Below are positions 12,121 to 23,608 of a stretch of 64,000 nucleotides of DNA, one piece after another. Each line of letters starts with the position of its first letter. The first letter of the stretch is position 1. The DNA lies in assembly GCA_051750305.1 (NCBI GenBank), contig JBNJJM010000009.1, forward strand, positions 32,188-96,187, given 5' to 3'. A model generated the notes under the pieces. That model was given only the letters and a program-made list of their open reading frames with translations. It made no database searches and was not told the origin of the DNA. The DNA is from Pseudomonadota bacterium. Lineage in GTDB: Bacteria; Pseudomonadota; Gammaproteobacteria; Pseudomonadales; Oleiphilaceae. Both the position numbers and the translations under genes were made by a program.

Positions 12121-12549
12121 ATGGCAAACGAGCGCACGCTCTCGATCATCAAGCCCGACGCAGTCGCCAAGAACGTCATCGGCGAAATCTACACCCGCTT
12201 TGAAAAAGCCGGTCTGAACATTGTTGCCGCCAAGATGATGCACCTGACCCAGGAGCAGGCGGAAGGTTTCTACGCCGAGCACAAAGAACGTCCCTTTTTC
12301 AACGATCTGGTGGCGTTCATGACCTCCGGTCCGGTTGTTGTTCAGGCTCTGGAAGGTGAAGGCGCAATCCTGAAAAACCGCGACCTGATGGGCGCAACCA
12401 ACCCGAAGGAAGCGGAAGCCGGCACCATTCGTGCCGATTTCGCTTCGTCCATCGACGCGAATGCCGTACACGGTTCCGATTCTGCGGCCTCCGCAGAGCG
12501 TGAAATCGCGTACTTCTTCAATGACAGCGAGATCTGCCCGCGCGGCTGA
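12121..12549 (+). CDS. ndk: Nucleoside diphosphate kinase
   Basis: [28 protein letters not shown]. Confidence 0.98.
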   Translation: MANERTLSIIKPDAVAKNVIGEIYTRFEKAGLNIVAAKMMHLTQEQAEGFYAEHKERPFFNDLVAFMTSGPVVVQALEGEGAILKNRDLMGATNPKEAEAGTIRADFASSIDANAVHGSDSAASAEREIAYFFNDSEICPRG

Positions 12550-12611
12550 TGTTGCTGCCGGGGCGGGCGAGTGTGTCCGCCCCGGATTGGTTATCTGATC
12601 GAGGTTATGCA

Positions 12612-13724
12612 ATGACAGCGGCCGCTGAAAAAACCAACCTTCTGGGGATGCCGAAAGCCAAGATGGAGGCTTTCTTTGAAACCCTGGGGGAGAAGCGTTT
12701 TCGTGCCACCCAGGTGATGCAGTGGATTCACCAGCGGGGCGCCGATGATTTCGATCAAATGACCAATATGAGCAAAGTCCTGCGGGAAAAGCTCAAGGAA
12801 GTGGCCGAGATCCGCGGCCCCGAGGTGGTCTACGACGAAACCTCAAAAGACGGCACCCGCAAATGGGTCATGCGCATGGATAACGGCAACAGCGTCGAGA
12901 CCGTGCTGATCCCTGACGGTGAGCGTGGCACCCTGTGTGTATCCTCGCAGATCGGTTGCAGTCTGGACTGCACCTTCTGCTCCACCGGAAAGCGTGGCTT
13001 CAACCGTAACCTGACCGCCGCAGAAATCATCGGTCAGGTGTGGGTCGCCAGAAAAGCGTTCATGCCCTTTGAGCCCGGCCCTGACCGGCCGATCACCAAC
13101 GTGGTGATGATGGGCATGGGCGAGCCTCTGCTCAATTTCGACAATGTCGTCGACGCCATGAATCTCATGATGGAAGACCTGGCCTACGGGATCTCCAAAC
13201 GTCGGGTGACGCTGAGTACCTCCGGGGTTGTTCCGGCTCTGGACCGGCTCGGGGAAGTTACCGATGTTTCACTGGCCATTTCTCTGCATGCCCCCAATGA
13301 TGAGCTGCGTAACAAGCTGGTTCCATTGAATAAAAAGTACCCGATTGCCGAGCTGCTGGCGGCGACCAAACGGTACTTCGCCCGCCTGCCGGACAAGCGC
13401 AAGGCGACCATTGAGTATACCGTGATCGAGGGGATGAACGATCAGCCGGAGCACGCCAGGGAGCTCGCTGAGCTGCTGCGGGATCTGCCATGCAAGATCA
13501 ACCTGATACCGTTCAACCCGTTTCCGGAGAGTGATTTCCGGCGGCCGAGTATGAACGCGACCCGACGGTTCCAGACAGTTCTGAATGAAGCCGGTTACAT
13601 TGCCACCATTCGCACCACCCGTGGTGACGACATAGATGCGGCTTGCGGCCAGCTGGTAGGGCGGGTCGATGACCGGACCAAGCGCAGCCAGCGATACATT
13701 GCGGTTCAACAGGTCAATCCCTGA
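12612..13724 (+). CDS. rlmN: Dual-specificity RNA methyltransferase RlmN (radical SAM)
   Basis: [20 protein letters not shown] (CxxxCxxC), [18 protein letters not shown]. Start placed at ATG 12612 after GAGG. Confidence 0.97.
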   Translation: MTAAAEKTNLLGMPKAKMEAFFETLGEKRFRATQVMQWIHQRGADDFDQMTNMSKVLREKLKEVAEIRGPEVVYDETSKDGTRKWVMRMDNGNSVETVLIPDGERGTLCVSSQIGCSLDCTFCSTGKRGFNRNLTAAEIIGQVWVARKAFMPFEPGPDRPITNVVMMGMGEPLLNFDNVVDAMNLMMEDLAYGISKRRVTLSTSGVVPALDRLGEVTDVSLAISLHAPNDELRNKLVPLNKKYPIAELLAATKRYFARLPDKRKATIEYTVIEGMNDQPEHARELAELLRDLPCKINLIPFNPFPESDFRRPSMNATRRFQTVLNEAGYIATIRTTRGDDIDAACGQLVGRVDDRTKRSQRYIAVQQVNP

Positions 13725-13769
13725 CCGGAACCGGCGTTCGACCAACAGACGAAGTGGAGTAAGCGAACC

Positions 13770-14573
13770 GTGGCAGTCAATCGAGTGAACAGTATCCGGG
13801 CGGTGATGACGGTAGTACTGGCGATGCTTCTTGCCGCAGGTTGCGTTACCGTTTCCGACAGCCGGTTTTCCCGCGAGGAGGATCGCGACAAGGCAGTAAA
13901 GAACTATGTCCAGCTGGCCACGGCGTATATTGGACAAGGCAATCTGGACCGGGCGCGCAACCACCTTGACCGTGCTCTGGAGCTCTCCCCGGATGACGCT
14001 GGCGCACTGTCCGCGATGGCATTGCTACACAATACCGATGGCGAGGATGAGCTGGCCGAAGAGTCCTTCCGCAAGGCCATCTCCAGTGACGGCGACTATA
14101 CCCGCGGCCGCGTATACTACGGCGCCTTCCTGTACGGCGAGGGCAGGTACCGTGAAGCGCGGGATCAGTTCCAGACTGCAGTCAACGATACCAAATACTC
14201 GGACCGGGCCTCGGTCTTTTTCAATCTGGGCATGAGCGAAGAGCGCCTGGATAATAACGATGCGGCAGTCAATGCCTATCGCCGCGCCGTTGAGCTGTCC
14301 CGGGGAGATGCCAAGTCACTGCTTGCCTTATCCCGAACCCTCGTCAAGGCAGGCGATTACAGCGCCGCCTCCCGCTACTACGGCCGTCTGTCTACGCTGA
14401 TGGCTCAGAACTCCCGCTACCGTCACTCCCCCGAAAGTCTGTTAACGGGTATTCGCATTGCACGTTACTTTGGTGAGGATAACCGGGAGTCCAGTCTTGC
14501 ACTGCAGCTGAGGAATAATTTTCCGGAGTCGGTTGAATACCAACAATACAGGGTGCTGATTGCCAATGACTGA
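13770..14573 (+). CDS. pilW: Type IV pilus biogenesis/stability lipoprotein PilW (PilF), TPR
   Basis: Lipobox LAAGC, TPR repeats, C-terminal QLRNNFPESVEYQQY. Lies between rlmN and rodZ. Confidence 0.88.
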   Translation: MAVNRVNSIRAVMTVVLAMLLAAGCVTVSDSRFSREEDRDKAVKNYVQLATAYIGQGNLDRARNHLDRALELSPDDAGALSAMALLHNTDGEDELAEESFRKAISSDGDYTRGRVYYGAFLYGEGRYREARDQFQTAVNDTKYSDRASVFFNLGMSEERLDNNDAAVNAYRRAVELSRGDAKSLLALSRTLVKAGDYSAASRYYGRLSTLMAQNSRYRHSPESLLTGIRIARYFGEDNRESSLALQLRNNFPESVEYQQYRVLIAND

Positions 14574-15561
14574 TGAAGAAAACGTCCAGCAGCCGATTGG
14601 TGAGTCGGCGGGGAGCCAACTTCGGCGGGGCAGGGAGCAGAAAGGACTGAGCGTGGCGGATGTTGCCAATGCCCAGCATCTGCGCCCGGCGATCATTCAG
14701 TCGATAGAAAACGGTGATTATCAGCAAATCGGCAGCGAACTGTTTCTCAAGGGCTATGTCAGAGCCTATGCGAAACAGGTTGGGCTGAACGCGGATGCCA
14801 TCGTGGCCACGCTGGACCAGGAGCTGGAGCCGCTGCGCCAGCAAAAAGCCCAGGCACTCGAGGCCAGCCCGCTGGTCGATATCGAGCGGCGCAAGCGCCA
14901 GAAACGTCGTGCCGCCAGGGTGCTGATGCTGCTGATCGCCGCGGGCCTTGCGGCTTTTCTGGCGTTCAGTTTTCTTGACCTTGCAGGCGATAGCGACCCC
15001 GCGCCGCGAACGGAATCGATGCCAGAGCCGGAAGCTTCTGATGAAACAGAGTCCAGACCGGTGGACGGCGCCGTACGAGACCAAAACGACGAGGCCGGGG
15101 TCGGTGTTGAACCTGAACCTGAACCTGAAAGGGAGCCGCCGGCTGAGACAGATGCTGAAACGGCAGTGGACCTTGTGGAAGAGCCCGCCGAGCCCGCGCC
15201 GGTCGCCGCAGGTGAGGATGAGTCCGAAGAGATTGATGAATCCCGTATTCCAGTTGTAACGAGTTCAACAGAGCCGGCATTGACCGAAGAGTCCAGAGTC
15301 GGCGATTCGCCCGTCAACGGACGTTTACAGGTAGTCTTTGATGATGATTGCTGGATTGAAGTCACTGACTCCAGCGGCGCCAGACTGGTCAGTTCCCTGC
15401 AGCGGCAAGGTGACCGAATCGATGTTTCCGGCGAGGCTCCGCTGAATGTCGTGATTGGTGCGGTAGACGCCGTGGCAGACATTCAGTTTCAGGGCGAGCC
15501 TATTGAACTTTCCGATTACCGGGTGGTGAATAACCGCACCCAGTTTTCGCTGGAAATCTGA
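14566..15561 (+). CDS. rodZ: Cytoskeleton protein RodZ
   Basis: N-terminal HTH (GSQLRRGREQKGLS...FLKGYVRAYAKQVGL), basic patch plus single TM, acidic Pro-rich linker, C-terminal DCWIEVTD domain. Confidence 0.9.
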   Translation: MTDEENVQQPIGESAGSQLRRGREQKGLSVADVANAQHLRPAIIQSIENGDYQQIGSELFLKGYVRAYAKQVGLNADAIVATLDQELEPLRQQKAQALEASPLVDIERRKRQKRRAARVLMLLIAAGLAAFLAFSFLDLAGDSDPAPRTESMPEPEASDETESRPVDGAVRDQNDEAGVGVEPEPEPEREPPAETDAETAVDLVEEPAEPAPVAAGEDESEEIDESRIPVVTSSTEPALTEESRVGDSPVNGRLQVVFDDDCWIEVTDSSGARLVSSLQRQGDRIDVSGEAPLNVVIGAVDAVADIQFQGEPIELSDYRVVNNRTQFSLEI

Positions 15562-15595
15562 ACATTCCGAAAACACTTATTTTGGTTAGCACCAG

Positions 15596-16714
15596 ATGAA
15601 ACAGGAATCTCCGATTACAAGACGTAAATCCCGCCAGATCATGGTGGGAGATGTGCCCGTTGGCGGTGATGCCCCGATTGCGGTGCAGAGCATGACCAAC
15701 ACCAACACCTGTGATGTGGAAGCCACCGTTGGCCAGATCCAGGCGCTGCAGGAGGCCGGTGCGGACATCGTGCGGGTTTCCGTTCCGAGCATGGAGGCGG
15801 CCGAGGCGTTCGGGCGGATCCGATCGAAAGTGTCGCTGCCCCTGGTGGCGGACATCCACTTTGATCACAAGATCGCCCTGCGGGTCGCTGAACTCGGAGT
15901 GGACTGCCTGCGCATCAACCCCGGTAATATCGGCCGCGAAGACCGTGTGAGCGCGGTCATCAGCGCTGCCCGCGATCGCAATATCCCGATTCGTATCGGC
16001 GTGAATGCCGGGTCTCTCGAGAAAGAGCTTCAGCGCAAATACGGTGAGCCAACGCCTGAGGCGCTTGTGGAGTCGGCCATGCGGCATATCGATATTCTTG
16101 ATCGCCACGACTTCCAGGATTTCAAGGTCAGCCTCAAGGCCTCCGAGGTGTTCATGACGGTGGCGGCCTATCGCAAGATCGCTTCGCAGATCGAGCAGCC
16201 GCTGCATCTGGGCATTACCGAGGCCGGCGGCTTCCGATCGGGCACCGTAAAGTCCTCTATAGGTCTGGGTATGCTGTTGATGGATGGCATCGGTGACACC
16301 ATCCGTGTATCTCTGGCAGCGGACCCGGTACAGGAGATCAAAGTCGGGTTCGATATCCTCAAAAGTCTCCGCCTGCGCAGTCGTGGCATCAATTTCATCG
16401 CTTGCCCGAGCTGCTCGCGTCAGAACTTTGATGTCATCCAGACAATGAACGACCTGGAGGCCCGGCTTGAGGATGTGAATACCGCGATGGACGTGGCCAT
16501 CATCGGCTGCATTGTCAACGGTCCCGGGGAAGCCAAGGAGGCCGACATCGGTCTGACCGGCGGCAGCCCGAAAAACCTGTTCTACATGGGTGGGAAGCCG
16601 AACCAGAAGCTGGACAACTCGACGCTGACTGAAGATCTGGAGCGGCTCATCCGGGAAGAGGTTGCCCGTCGGAAAGAACAGGAAGACGCAATCATTGCCC
16701 GTTCGGGCGAGTAA
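15596..16714 (+). CDS. ispG: 4-hydroxy-3-methylbut-2-en-1-yl diphosphate synthase (flavodoxin)
   Basis: [40 protein letters not shown]. Confidence 0.98.
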   Translation: MKQESPITRRKSRQIMVGDVPVGGDAPIAVQSMTNTNTCDVEATVGQIQALQEAGADIVRVSVPSMEAAEAFGRIRSKVSLPLVADIHFDHKIALRVAELGVDCLRINPGNIGREDRVSAVISAARDRNIPIRIGVNAGSLEKELQRKYGEPTPEALVESAMRHIDILDRHDFQDFKVSLKASEVFMTVAAYRKIASQIEQPLHLGITEAGGFRSGTVKSSIGLGMLLMDGIGDTIRVSLAADPVQEIKVGFDILKSLRLRSRGINFIACPSCSRQNFDVIQTMNDLEARLEDVNTAMDVAIIGCIVNGPGEAKEADIGLTGGSPKNLFYMGGKPNQKLDNSTLTEDLERLIREEVARRKEQEDAIIARSGE

Positions 16715-16756
16715 CCGGTCATCGCCGAACCAACGATTCGAGATTAAGGGTTTAAC

Positions 16757-18037
16757 TTGGCTAAGATTCAGGCAATTCGCGGGATGAACGATATCCTGCC
16801 GGAGCAGACTCCCGTCTGGCAATTCGTCGAAGCAAAGGTCCGCAAGGTTCTTTCCGGCTACGGTTACCGGGAGATTCGAATGCCGATTGTGGAGCAAACG
16901 GATCTGTTCAAGCGTTCAATCGGCGAAGTGACTGATATCGTCGAAAAAGAGATGTACACCTTTGACGATCGCAATGGTGACAGCCTCACTCTGCGTCCGG
17001 AGGGCACGGCAGGCTGTGTGCGGGCGGCGGAGGAACACGGTCTGCTGTTCAACCAGACCCAGCGGCTGTGGTACACCGGTCCGATGTTCCGACATGAACG
17101 CCCGCAGAAGGGGCGCTACCGCCAGTTCCACCAGATCGGCGTGGAATGCTTTGGTATGAGTGGGCCGGATATTGACGCCGAATTGCTGATTCTGACCGCG
17201 CGGCTCTGGAAGGAGCTGGGGTTGGATGCCCACACGCGGCTGGAGATCAACTCCATTGGTACATCAGCGGCCCGCAAGGCCTATCGCGAAGCGCTGGTGG
17301 AGTACCTGTCCGGTTTCCGGGACCAGCTTGACGCAGACAGTCAGCGCCGACTGGAAAGCAATCCTCTGCGGATTCTGGATAGCAAGAATCCGGAAACCCA
17401 GAGCCTTCTGGTCGATGCGCCGAAGCTTGATGACTATCTCGATGAGGAATCCCTGGCCCATTTCAGTCGGTTGCGGGAACTTCTGGATGCGGCCGGTATC
17501 CCGTACAAGGTCAACCCGCGTCTGGTGCGTGGCCTGGATTACTACGGCAAAACGGTATTTGAATGGATTACCGATAGTCTGGGCGCCCAGGGTACTGTGT
17601 GTGCCGGTGGTCGCTACGACGGCCTGGTGGAGCAACTGGGTGGCAAACCCACCGTTGCCGTGGGTTTTGCCATGGGGCTTGAGCGGTTGATTCTTTTGCT
17701 GGAAACCCTGGACCTTATCCCGGCCGAGGTGAACAGCGATGCCGACGTATATATTACGGCGCTGGGCGACCGTGCAGTGCCGGCCGCGCTGGCGTTGGCC
17801 GAAACGCTCAGATCGGCTTTGCCGGACGCGTCAGTGGTCACCCATTGTGGCGGTGGCAGTTTCAAGAGCCAGATGAAAAAGGCCGACCGCAGCGGTGCCC
17901 GTTACGCGGTTATCCTCGGTGAGAATGAAATCGACAGCAACACCGTCGGCCTGAAGCCGCTTCGTTCCGAAGAAGCCCAGCAGGAATTGGCCCAGGCGGA
18001 ACTGGCTGCGACACTCATACCTTTACTGGGCGCCTGA
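16757..18037 (+). CDS. hisS: Histidine--tRNA ligase
   Basis: [45 protein letters not shown] start. Confidence 0.97.
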   Translation: MAKIQAIRGMNDILPEQTPVWQFVEAKVRKVLSGYGYREIRMPIVEQTDLFKRSIGEVTDIVEKEMYTFDDRNGDSLTLRPEGTAGCVRAAEEHGLLFNQTQRLWYTGPMFRHERPQKGRYRQFHQIGVECFGMSGPDIDAELLILTARLWKELGLDAHTRLEINSIGTSAARKAYREALVEYLSGFRDQLDADSQRRLESNPLRILDSKNPETQSLLVDAPKLDDYLDEESLAHFSRLRELLDAAGIPYKVNPRLVRGLDYYGKTVFEWITDSLGAQGTVCAGGRYDGLVEQLGGKPTVAVGFAMGLERLILLLETLDLIPAEVNSDADVYITALGDRAVPAALALAETLRSALPDASVVTHCGGGSFKSQMKKADRSGARYAVILGENEIDSNTVGLKPLRSEEAQQELAQAELAATLIPLLGA

Positions 18038-18085
18038 GCAAGGCAGCCCGGAAGACCTATAAAAACGCTTACTACAGGAGTCATC

Positions 18086-18742
18086 ATGGCTGAAATGCGC
18101 ACCGAGGAAGAACAGGTTCAGGCGATCAAGGACTGGTGGAAGAAGAACGGCAGTTCGCTTCTGGTTGGTATCGCTGCGGCTCTGGCCATCGTATTTGGCT
18201 GGCAGACCTGGCAGAACCATCAACAACAGCAACGTACTGAGGCAGCTTCCCAGTTTGCAGACCTGCTCAATGCCTACGGCGATGAATCTGATGAGAACCG
18301 TGCTGAAACCGTGGCATTTGTTGCCGGCAACCTGAAGGAAGAGTTTGGCGACAGCTCCTATGCCATGTACGGCATGCTGCTGTTGGCCCGCCAGCAGCTG
18401 ATGGATGATGGGGATGCGCAGGCCGCTATCGAATCACTGGAATGGGCGCAGAGTAAGGTCGAACAAGGCAGCGCGCTGTCATTTGTCATTCGCAACCGTC
18501 TGGCGCGGGCCCATTTCGCGGCGGAGCAATACGATCAGGCACTCGCAACCCTTGATGAGGGTGGTGAGAATGAAGCGTTTGCAGCCATTTACTCCGAACT
18601 CCGGGGTGATATTCTGCTGGCACAGGGCGACCGTGAAGGGGCTCGTGAGGCCTACCTGGCCGCCCGGGAAGAGAGCCGGCAGGGCCGCAGTGGCATTCTT
18701 GAGCTGAAACTGTCGGATCTCGGCGTTGAAGGGGGTGCATGA
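18086..18742 (+). CDS. yfgM: YfgM ancillary SecYEG translocon subunit (TPR)
   Basis: TEEEQVQAIKDWWKKNG plus TM, ELRGDILL. Lies between hisS and bamB. Confidence 0.9.
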   Translation: MAEMRTEEEQVQAIKDWWKKNGSSLLVGIAAALAIVFGWQTWQNHQQQQRTEAASQFADLLNAYGDESDENRAETVAFVAGNLKEEFGDSSYAMYGMLLLARQQLMDDGDAQAAIESLEWAQSKVEQGSALSFVIRNRLARAHFAAEQYDQALATLDEGGENEAFAAIYSELRGDILLAQGDREGAREAYLAAREESRQGRSGILELKLSDLGVEGGA

Positions 18743-19914
18743 TGCGCTGGTTGGCTGACCGGTCATCGCGCCGCCGTGCTGTTGTCGCGTCCTTGTTTGC
18801 GATAGGCCTTGCGGGCTGCAGCACCAAAGAACCCATCGAAGAGCCGGCACCGGTGCCGGATATTGACGCTTCGGTGGAGCTGGAGTCCGTCTGGACCATG
18901 GGTGTTGGCAATGGTCATGGCGATCAGTTTCTGTACCTGACCCCACTCAATACCGGTGAGGTGATTTATGCGGCGGCTGCCAATGGGGATGTCTATGCAG
19001 TCCAGGCCGAGAACGGGAAAGTAGACTGGTATCAGGATCTCGATGAACAGATTTTTGCCGGCGTCGGTGGTGATCGTGAACAACTGTACCTGGTGACCCG
19101 CGATGCCAAGCTCCTTGGGCTATCCCGTCTCAACGGCGAGGTGGTTTGGGAGGCGGCATTGCCGAATGAGGTGCTTGCCACACCCCAATCCAATGGCGGC
19201 GTAGTTGTGGTGCAGACCATTGATGGCAAAGTTCTGGCCTTCGACACCGCTACCGGCGAGCAGGCCTGGCAGTACGACGGCGTTGTGCCGGTATTGTCGA
19301 TGCGTGCGGCGGCACCACCACTGGTGGGCAGTGAACTGGTTCTGGCCGGCTTCACCAACGGTAAGCTCATGGCCTTGTCTGTGGAAAACGGTCAGCCGGT
19401 CTGGCAATACGACGTTGGGCAACCACAGGGTCGCACGGAGCTGGAGCGACTGGTGGATGTAACCAGCCAGCCTTTGATTCTGGAGAACGCCGCGCTGGTA
19501 GTGGGCTTTCAGGGCAACCTGGCGCTGGTGAACCTGGAGAATGGTGAAGAAATCTGGAGCCGGGCGGCGTCCAGTCTGCATTCACCAATGATTGGTGCAG
19601 GTAATATCTATGTGTCGTCGGCCAACGGTGAGATCATTGCGTACCGTGGCTCAGATCGTCGTGAACTCTGGACCCAGGACAGGCTGTCCTGGCGTCAGAC
19701 CACGCAACCGGTGGTGTACGATGACCAATTGCTGGTGGGCGACTTCGAGGGTTACATTCACATGATGTCGCTTGAGGACGGTTCCCTTCAGGGGCAGCTG
19801 GACTTTGACGATGACGGCCTTCGCGTGCCGGCCCAACGGCTCCGTAACGGCAATCTGCTGGTTTTCGGAAACAGCGGTAAAATGAGCGTGCTCGAACTCA
19901 GGAAAGGCGACTGA
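18739..19914 (+). CDS. bamB: Outer membrane protein assembly factor BamB
   Basis: Lipobox LAGC, PQQ-like beta-propeller repeats, GRTELERLVDV motif. Confidence 0.95.
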   Translation: MMRWLADRSSRRRAVVASLFAIGLAGCSTKEPIEEPAPVPDIDASVELESVWTMGVGNGHGDQFLYLTPLNTGEVIYAAAANGDVYAVQAENGKVDWYQDLDEQIFAGVGGDREQLYLVTRDAKLLGLSRLNGEVVWEAALPNEVLATPQSNGGVVVVQTIDGKVLAFDTATGEQAWQYDGVVPVLSMRAAAPPLVGSELVLAGFTNGKLMALSVENGQPVWQYDVGQPQGRTELERLVDVTSQPLILENAALVVGFQGNLALVNLENGEEIWSRAASSLHSPMIGAGNIYVSSANGEIIAYRGSDRRELWTQDRLSWRQTTQPVVYDDQLLVGDFEGYIHMMSLEDGSLQGQLDFDDDGLRVPAQRLRNGNLLVFGNSGKMSVLELRKGD

Positions 19915-19970
19915 TCGCCTTTCTTCCCGGGCCCACGAGGGCCCGGATAATCCTTTTGTAGCGGAACACT

Positions 19971-21392
19971 ATGACCCCAGTAATTGCCCTTGTCGGCCGA
20001 CCCAATGTCGGCAAATCGACACTTTTTAATCAGATGACGCGGTCCCGGGATGCGCTCGTGGCGGATTTCCCCGGGCTTACCCGCGACCGGAAATACGGTG
20101 AGGGCACATACGAAGGCCAGCGGTTCATTGTTATTGATACCGGCGGTCTGACCGGAGATGAGGAAGGACTGGACGCCGAGATGGCGCGCCAGTCCCTGCA
20201 GGCGGTTGACGAAGCCGATATCGTACTGTTTCTGGTGGATGGCCGGTCCGGACTCACCGCGGGTGATGAGCAGATTGCCAACCATCTGAGAAAGACCGGT
20301 AAGCAGGCGCACCTGGTGGTGAACAAAACCGACGGTCAGGATCCGGACATTGCTGCCGCGGATTTCTACCGCATGGGCTATGACTCGACGTTTCTCATCG
20401 CGGCGTCCCACAACCGTGGCATCCGTTCCATGCTAGAGGCGTTGCTTCCCTCCGAGGAAGAGCGCGAAGAGCAGGATCGGGCCGAGCGGTACCCCGGTAT
20501 CCGCATCGGGATCGTCGGGCGACCGAATGTTGGTAAATCGACGCTGGTTAACCGGATGCTTGGGGAAGAGCGAGTGGTGGTGTACGACATGCCCGGTACC
20601 ACCCGTGACAGTGTATACATTCCCTACGAGCGTCAGGATGCCCAGTACACGCTGATTGACACCGCCGGTGTGCGTCGCCGCAAGAACGTGAGCGAAGTGG
20701 TTGAAAAATTCTCTATCATCAAGACGCTTCAGGCCATCGACGACGCCCATGTGGTGATACTGGTGATCGATGCGAGAGAAGGTCTGGTGGATCAGGATCT
20801 GCACCTTATCGGCTTCGTGCTTGATGCCGGGCGCTCCCTGGTTATTGCTGTCAACAAATGGGATGGTATGGACCCGGAAGACCGGGCGCGGGTGAAAGAA
20901 CAGGTCCAGCGCCGCCTCGACTTCCTGGATTACGCGGACAAGCATTACATTTCTGCGCTACACGGTTCCGGCGTCGGTGTGATGTATGAGTCCGTGCAGG
21001 CGTGTTACGAGTCGGCCATGGCAAAGTGGCCCACTAACCGGCTGACCGCCATTTTGCAGGACGCGATTGCCCAGCATCAGCCGCCAATGGTTCAGGGGCG
21101 GCGCATCAAACTTCGCTACGCGCACCAGGGCGGGTCCAACCCGCCGGTGATTGTGGTCCATGGTAACCAGACTGACGCGCTTCCGGGATCCTATAAACGG
21201 TACCTGGAGAACACCTTCCGTAAGGTATTAAGCGTCACCGGCTCACCCATCCGCTTCGAATTCCGCTCCAGTGAGAACCCGTTTGCCGGCAAGGTGGATC
21301 GTCTGACACCACGTCAGAAGGTCAAGAAAGACAATGATCTGAAGGCGGGCCGGCGTACGAAAAAGCCGCGGATGAAAAGCAAAAAGCGCTGA
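19971..21392 (+). CDS. der: Ribosome biogenesis GTPase Der (EngA)
   Basis: Two G domains (GRPNVGKST twice; DTGG/DTAG; NKTD/NKWD) and KH-like C-terminus. Confidence 0.98.
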   Translation: MTPVIALVGRPNVGKSTLFNQMTRSRDALVADFPGLTRDRKYGEGTYEGQRFIVIDTGGLTGDEEGLDAEMARQSLQAVDEADIVLFLVDGRSGLTAGDEQIANHLRKTGKQAHLVVNKTDGQDPDIAAADFYRMGYDSTFLIAASHNRGIRSMLEALLPSEEEREEQDRAERYPGIRIGIVGRPNVGKSTLVNRMLGEERVVVYDMPGTTRDSVYIPYERQDAQYTLIDTAGVRRRKNVSEVVEKFSIIKTLQAIDDAHVVILVIDAREGLVDQDLHLIGFVLDAGRSLVIAVNKWDGMDPEDRARVKEQVQRRLDFLDYADKHYISALHGSGVGVMYESVQACYESAMAKWPTNRLTAILQDAIAQHQPPMVQGRRIKLRYAHQGGSNPPVIVVHGNQTDALPGSYKRYLENTFRKVLSVTGSPIRFEFRSSENPFAGKVDRLTPRQKVKKDNDLKAGRRTKKPRMKSKKR

Positions 21393-21427
21393 GCCGCGGC
21401 TGAACCCTTTCTGATACGGCGGGGCGG

Positions 21428-23581
21428 TCAGGCCAGCCCCGCGTCCGCCACCTGCTTTGCCTGCACCGCGGTGAGGGCAATCGTGAAAACGATGTCCTCC
21501 ACCTGCGCCCCTCGCGACAGATCGTTAACCGGCTTTCTCAGGCCTTGCAACATCGGCCCGATGCTCACCACATTGGCACTGCGCTGCACCGCCTTGTAGG
21601 TGGTGTTGCCGGTATTGAGGTCCGGAAAAATGAAGACAGTGGCCCGACCGGCGACCTTGCTGTCAGGCGCCTTGCTCCTGGCAACGCTTTCGATGGCTGC
21701 GGCATCGTATTGCAGGGGACCGTCGATGAGCAGATCCGGGCGCCGCTCGCGGGCAATCCGGGTGGCTTCCCTGACTTTATCGACATCCTGCCCACTGCCC
21801 GATTCCCCGGTACTGTAACTGATCATGGCGACTACGGGATCGATACCGAAAGCTTCGGCCGACTCGGCGCTCTGGATGGCAATATCCGCCAGTTCCTCGG
21901 CGTTCGGATCGGGGTTGATGGCGCAGTCGCCGTAGACAACCACCTGCTGAGGCAGGAGCATGAAAAACACAGAGGACACAACCCTGGCATTGTCGTGGGT
22001 CTTGATCAGCTGCAAGGCGGGGCGTACGGTGTTGGCGGTGGTGTGAACCGCGCCTGACACCAGGCCGTCAGCCTCATCCATCGCCACCATCATGGTGCCA
22101 AGGACGACGTTGTCCTCCAGCATGGCGTCGGCCATGTCTGCCGTCAGGCCCTTGCGCTTGCGCAACTCCACCATGGCATTGACATACTTTTCGCGATCCT
22201 GACCGGGATCGATGATCTCGATATCATCCGGAAACTCAAGGCCCTGGGAACTGGCTACATTGCGTATCTCGGATGGGTCACCGATGAGAGCGCACCGTGC
22301 CAGCCCGCGCTGGTGACAGATGATCGCGGCCTGGACGGTGCGGGGTTCATTGCCTTCCGGGAGCACAATACGCTTGTCCGCTGCACGGGCGCGCTCGGAC
22401 AGCAGGTAGCGGAACGCCGGTGGCGCAAGCCGGCTCTGGCGCTGGACCTTGAGGTGTTCCTGGAGCCAGCCGGTATCCACCCGGGTTGCGACGGCTTCCA
22501 TGGCGCTGTCGATACGGTCCGGATCGTCGATGGGGATGGCGTTGGACAGGTTGGCGAGCTGGTGGGCGGTTTCGTAGGTGTTACTGTCCGCGCGCAGCAC
22601 CGGAAGGCCGGTGTCCAGCGCGCGCCGGCAAAGGTCGATAACCCGCTGATCCGGCATCAGTCCCCCCGTGAGCATGAGGCCGGCGAGCGGTACGCCGTTC
22701 AGCGCGGCGACCGCTGTAGCAACGACGATGTCCTCGCGGTCACCGGGAGTCACCATCAGGGTTCCGGGCTTCAGGGTGTCAATCATGTTGCGGATGGTGC
22801 GGGCGCACACCGACACTTTCTGCACCCGCCGTGAGTGCATCTGGCCCTCATGCAACACCGGCATGCCGGTTTCCCTGGCAATGTCGGACACGCGCACGGC
22901 CAGCAGCTCGGGCTGCCAGGGTATGCAGGCAAGCAGGCGGAAACGGCCTTCGCTGAACACGCTGCACTGGGTCGCGAAATCCACCTCGCCGGCAGACGCC
23001 TCGGAATTGACTCGCGGTGTGAACTCCGAGCGTTCGGGCTCGCCGACCTTGTTGAGAATGACACCAATGACATCCGGGTCTGAGGGGCTGGCGAACAGGC
23101 GAGCCGAAAAGTCCAGCTCCTCGTCCAGTTGCTGGGGAGAGCAGTCTTTCGGCGTACTCACGAGCACGACCTCGGAGCCGAGATTGCGGGCCACCTCGAC
23201 ATTGAGCCTTGCGATATAGGCTTCGCTGCGATCCGGTACCAGACCTTCAATAATCACCACATCAACGGTTTTCGCAACCTTCTGGTATTCACCAACGAGT
23301 GTTTCCATCAGCAGGTCGGCTTTGCCCTTGTTGAGCAGTTGCTGGGCTTCCCTGAGATTTAAAGGATCGGGTGGCTCGAGGTGACTGCGTGCTCGCACAA
23401 AGCTGACAGAGGTGTCCTTGCCGTCATTGTGCTGGCTTTCTCCCTGATGCACAGACTGGCTGAATGGCTTGTAGAAACCAACACTGACCCCCACGCGTTC
23501 CAGTGCTCGGAGCAGGCCAAGACAAACCGACGTCAGGCCGGAGTCCATGGAGGTCGGGGCAATAAACAGACTTTTCGCCAT
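21428..23581 (-). CDS. pta: Phosphate acetyltransferase (long, DRTGG-containing form)
   Basis: N-terminal AAA-like region, VTPGDRED, PEGNEPR, YGDCAINPDP, FPDLNTGN, GPMLQGLRKPVNDLSRG. Confidence 0.96.
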   Translation of the reverse strand: MAKSLFIAPTSMDSGLTSVCLGLLRALERVGVSVGFYKPFSQSVHQGESQHNDGKDTSVSFVRARSHLEPPDPLNLREAQQLLNKGKADLLMETLVGEYQKVAKTVDVVIIEGLVPDRSEAYIARLNVEVARNLGSEVVLVSTPKDCSPQQLDEELDFSARLFASPSDPDVIGVILNKVGEPERSEFTPRVNSEASAGEVDFATQCSVFSEGRFRLLACIPWQPELLAVRVSDIARETGMPVLHEGQMHSRRVQKVSVCARTIRNMIDTLKPGTLMVTPGDREDIVVATAVAALNGVPLAGLMLTGGLMPDQRVIDLCRRALDTGLPVLRADSNTYETAHQLANLSNAIPIDDPDRIDSAMEAVATRVDTGWLQEHLKVQRQSRLAPPAFRYLLSERARAADKRIVLPEGNEPRTVQAAIICHQRGLARCALIGDPSEIRNVASSQGLEFPDDIEIIDPGQDREKYVNAMVELRKRKGLTADMADAMLEDNVVLGTMMVAMDEADGLVSGAVHTTANTVRPALQLIKTHDNARVVSSVFFMLLPQQVVVYGDCAINPDPNAEELADIAIQSAESAEAFGIDPVVAMISYSTGESGSGQDVDKVREATRIARERRPDLLIDGPLQYDAAAIESVARSKAPDSKVAGRATVFIFPDLNTGNTTYKAVQRSANVVSIGPMLQGLRKPVNDLSRGAQVEDIVFTIALTAVQAKQVADAGLA

Positions 23582-23608
23582 ACAGGATTCCTTTCTGGTG
23601 GTGCCTGA

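Noticed and set aside
15109-15129. (GAACCT)3 tandem repeat in rodZ
   Set aside because: In-frame EPEPEPE low-complexity linker typical of RodZ; not a phase-variation tract.
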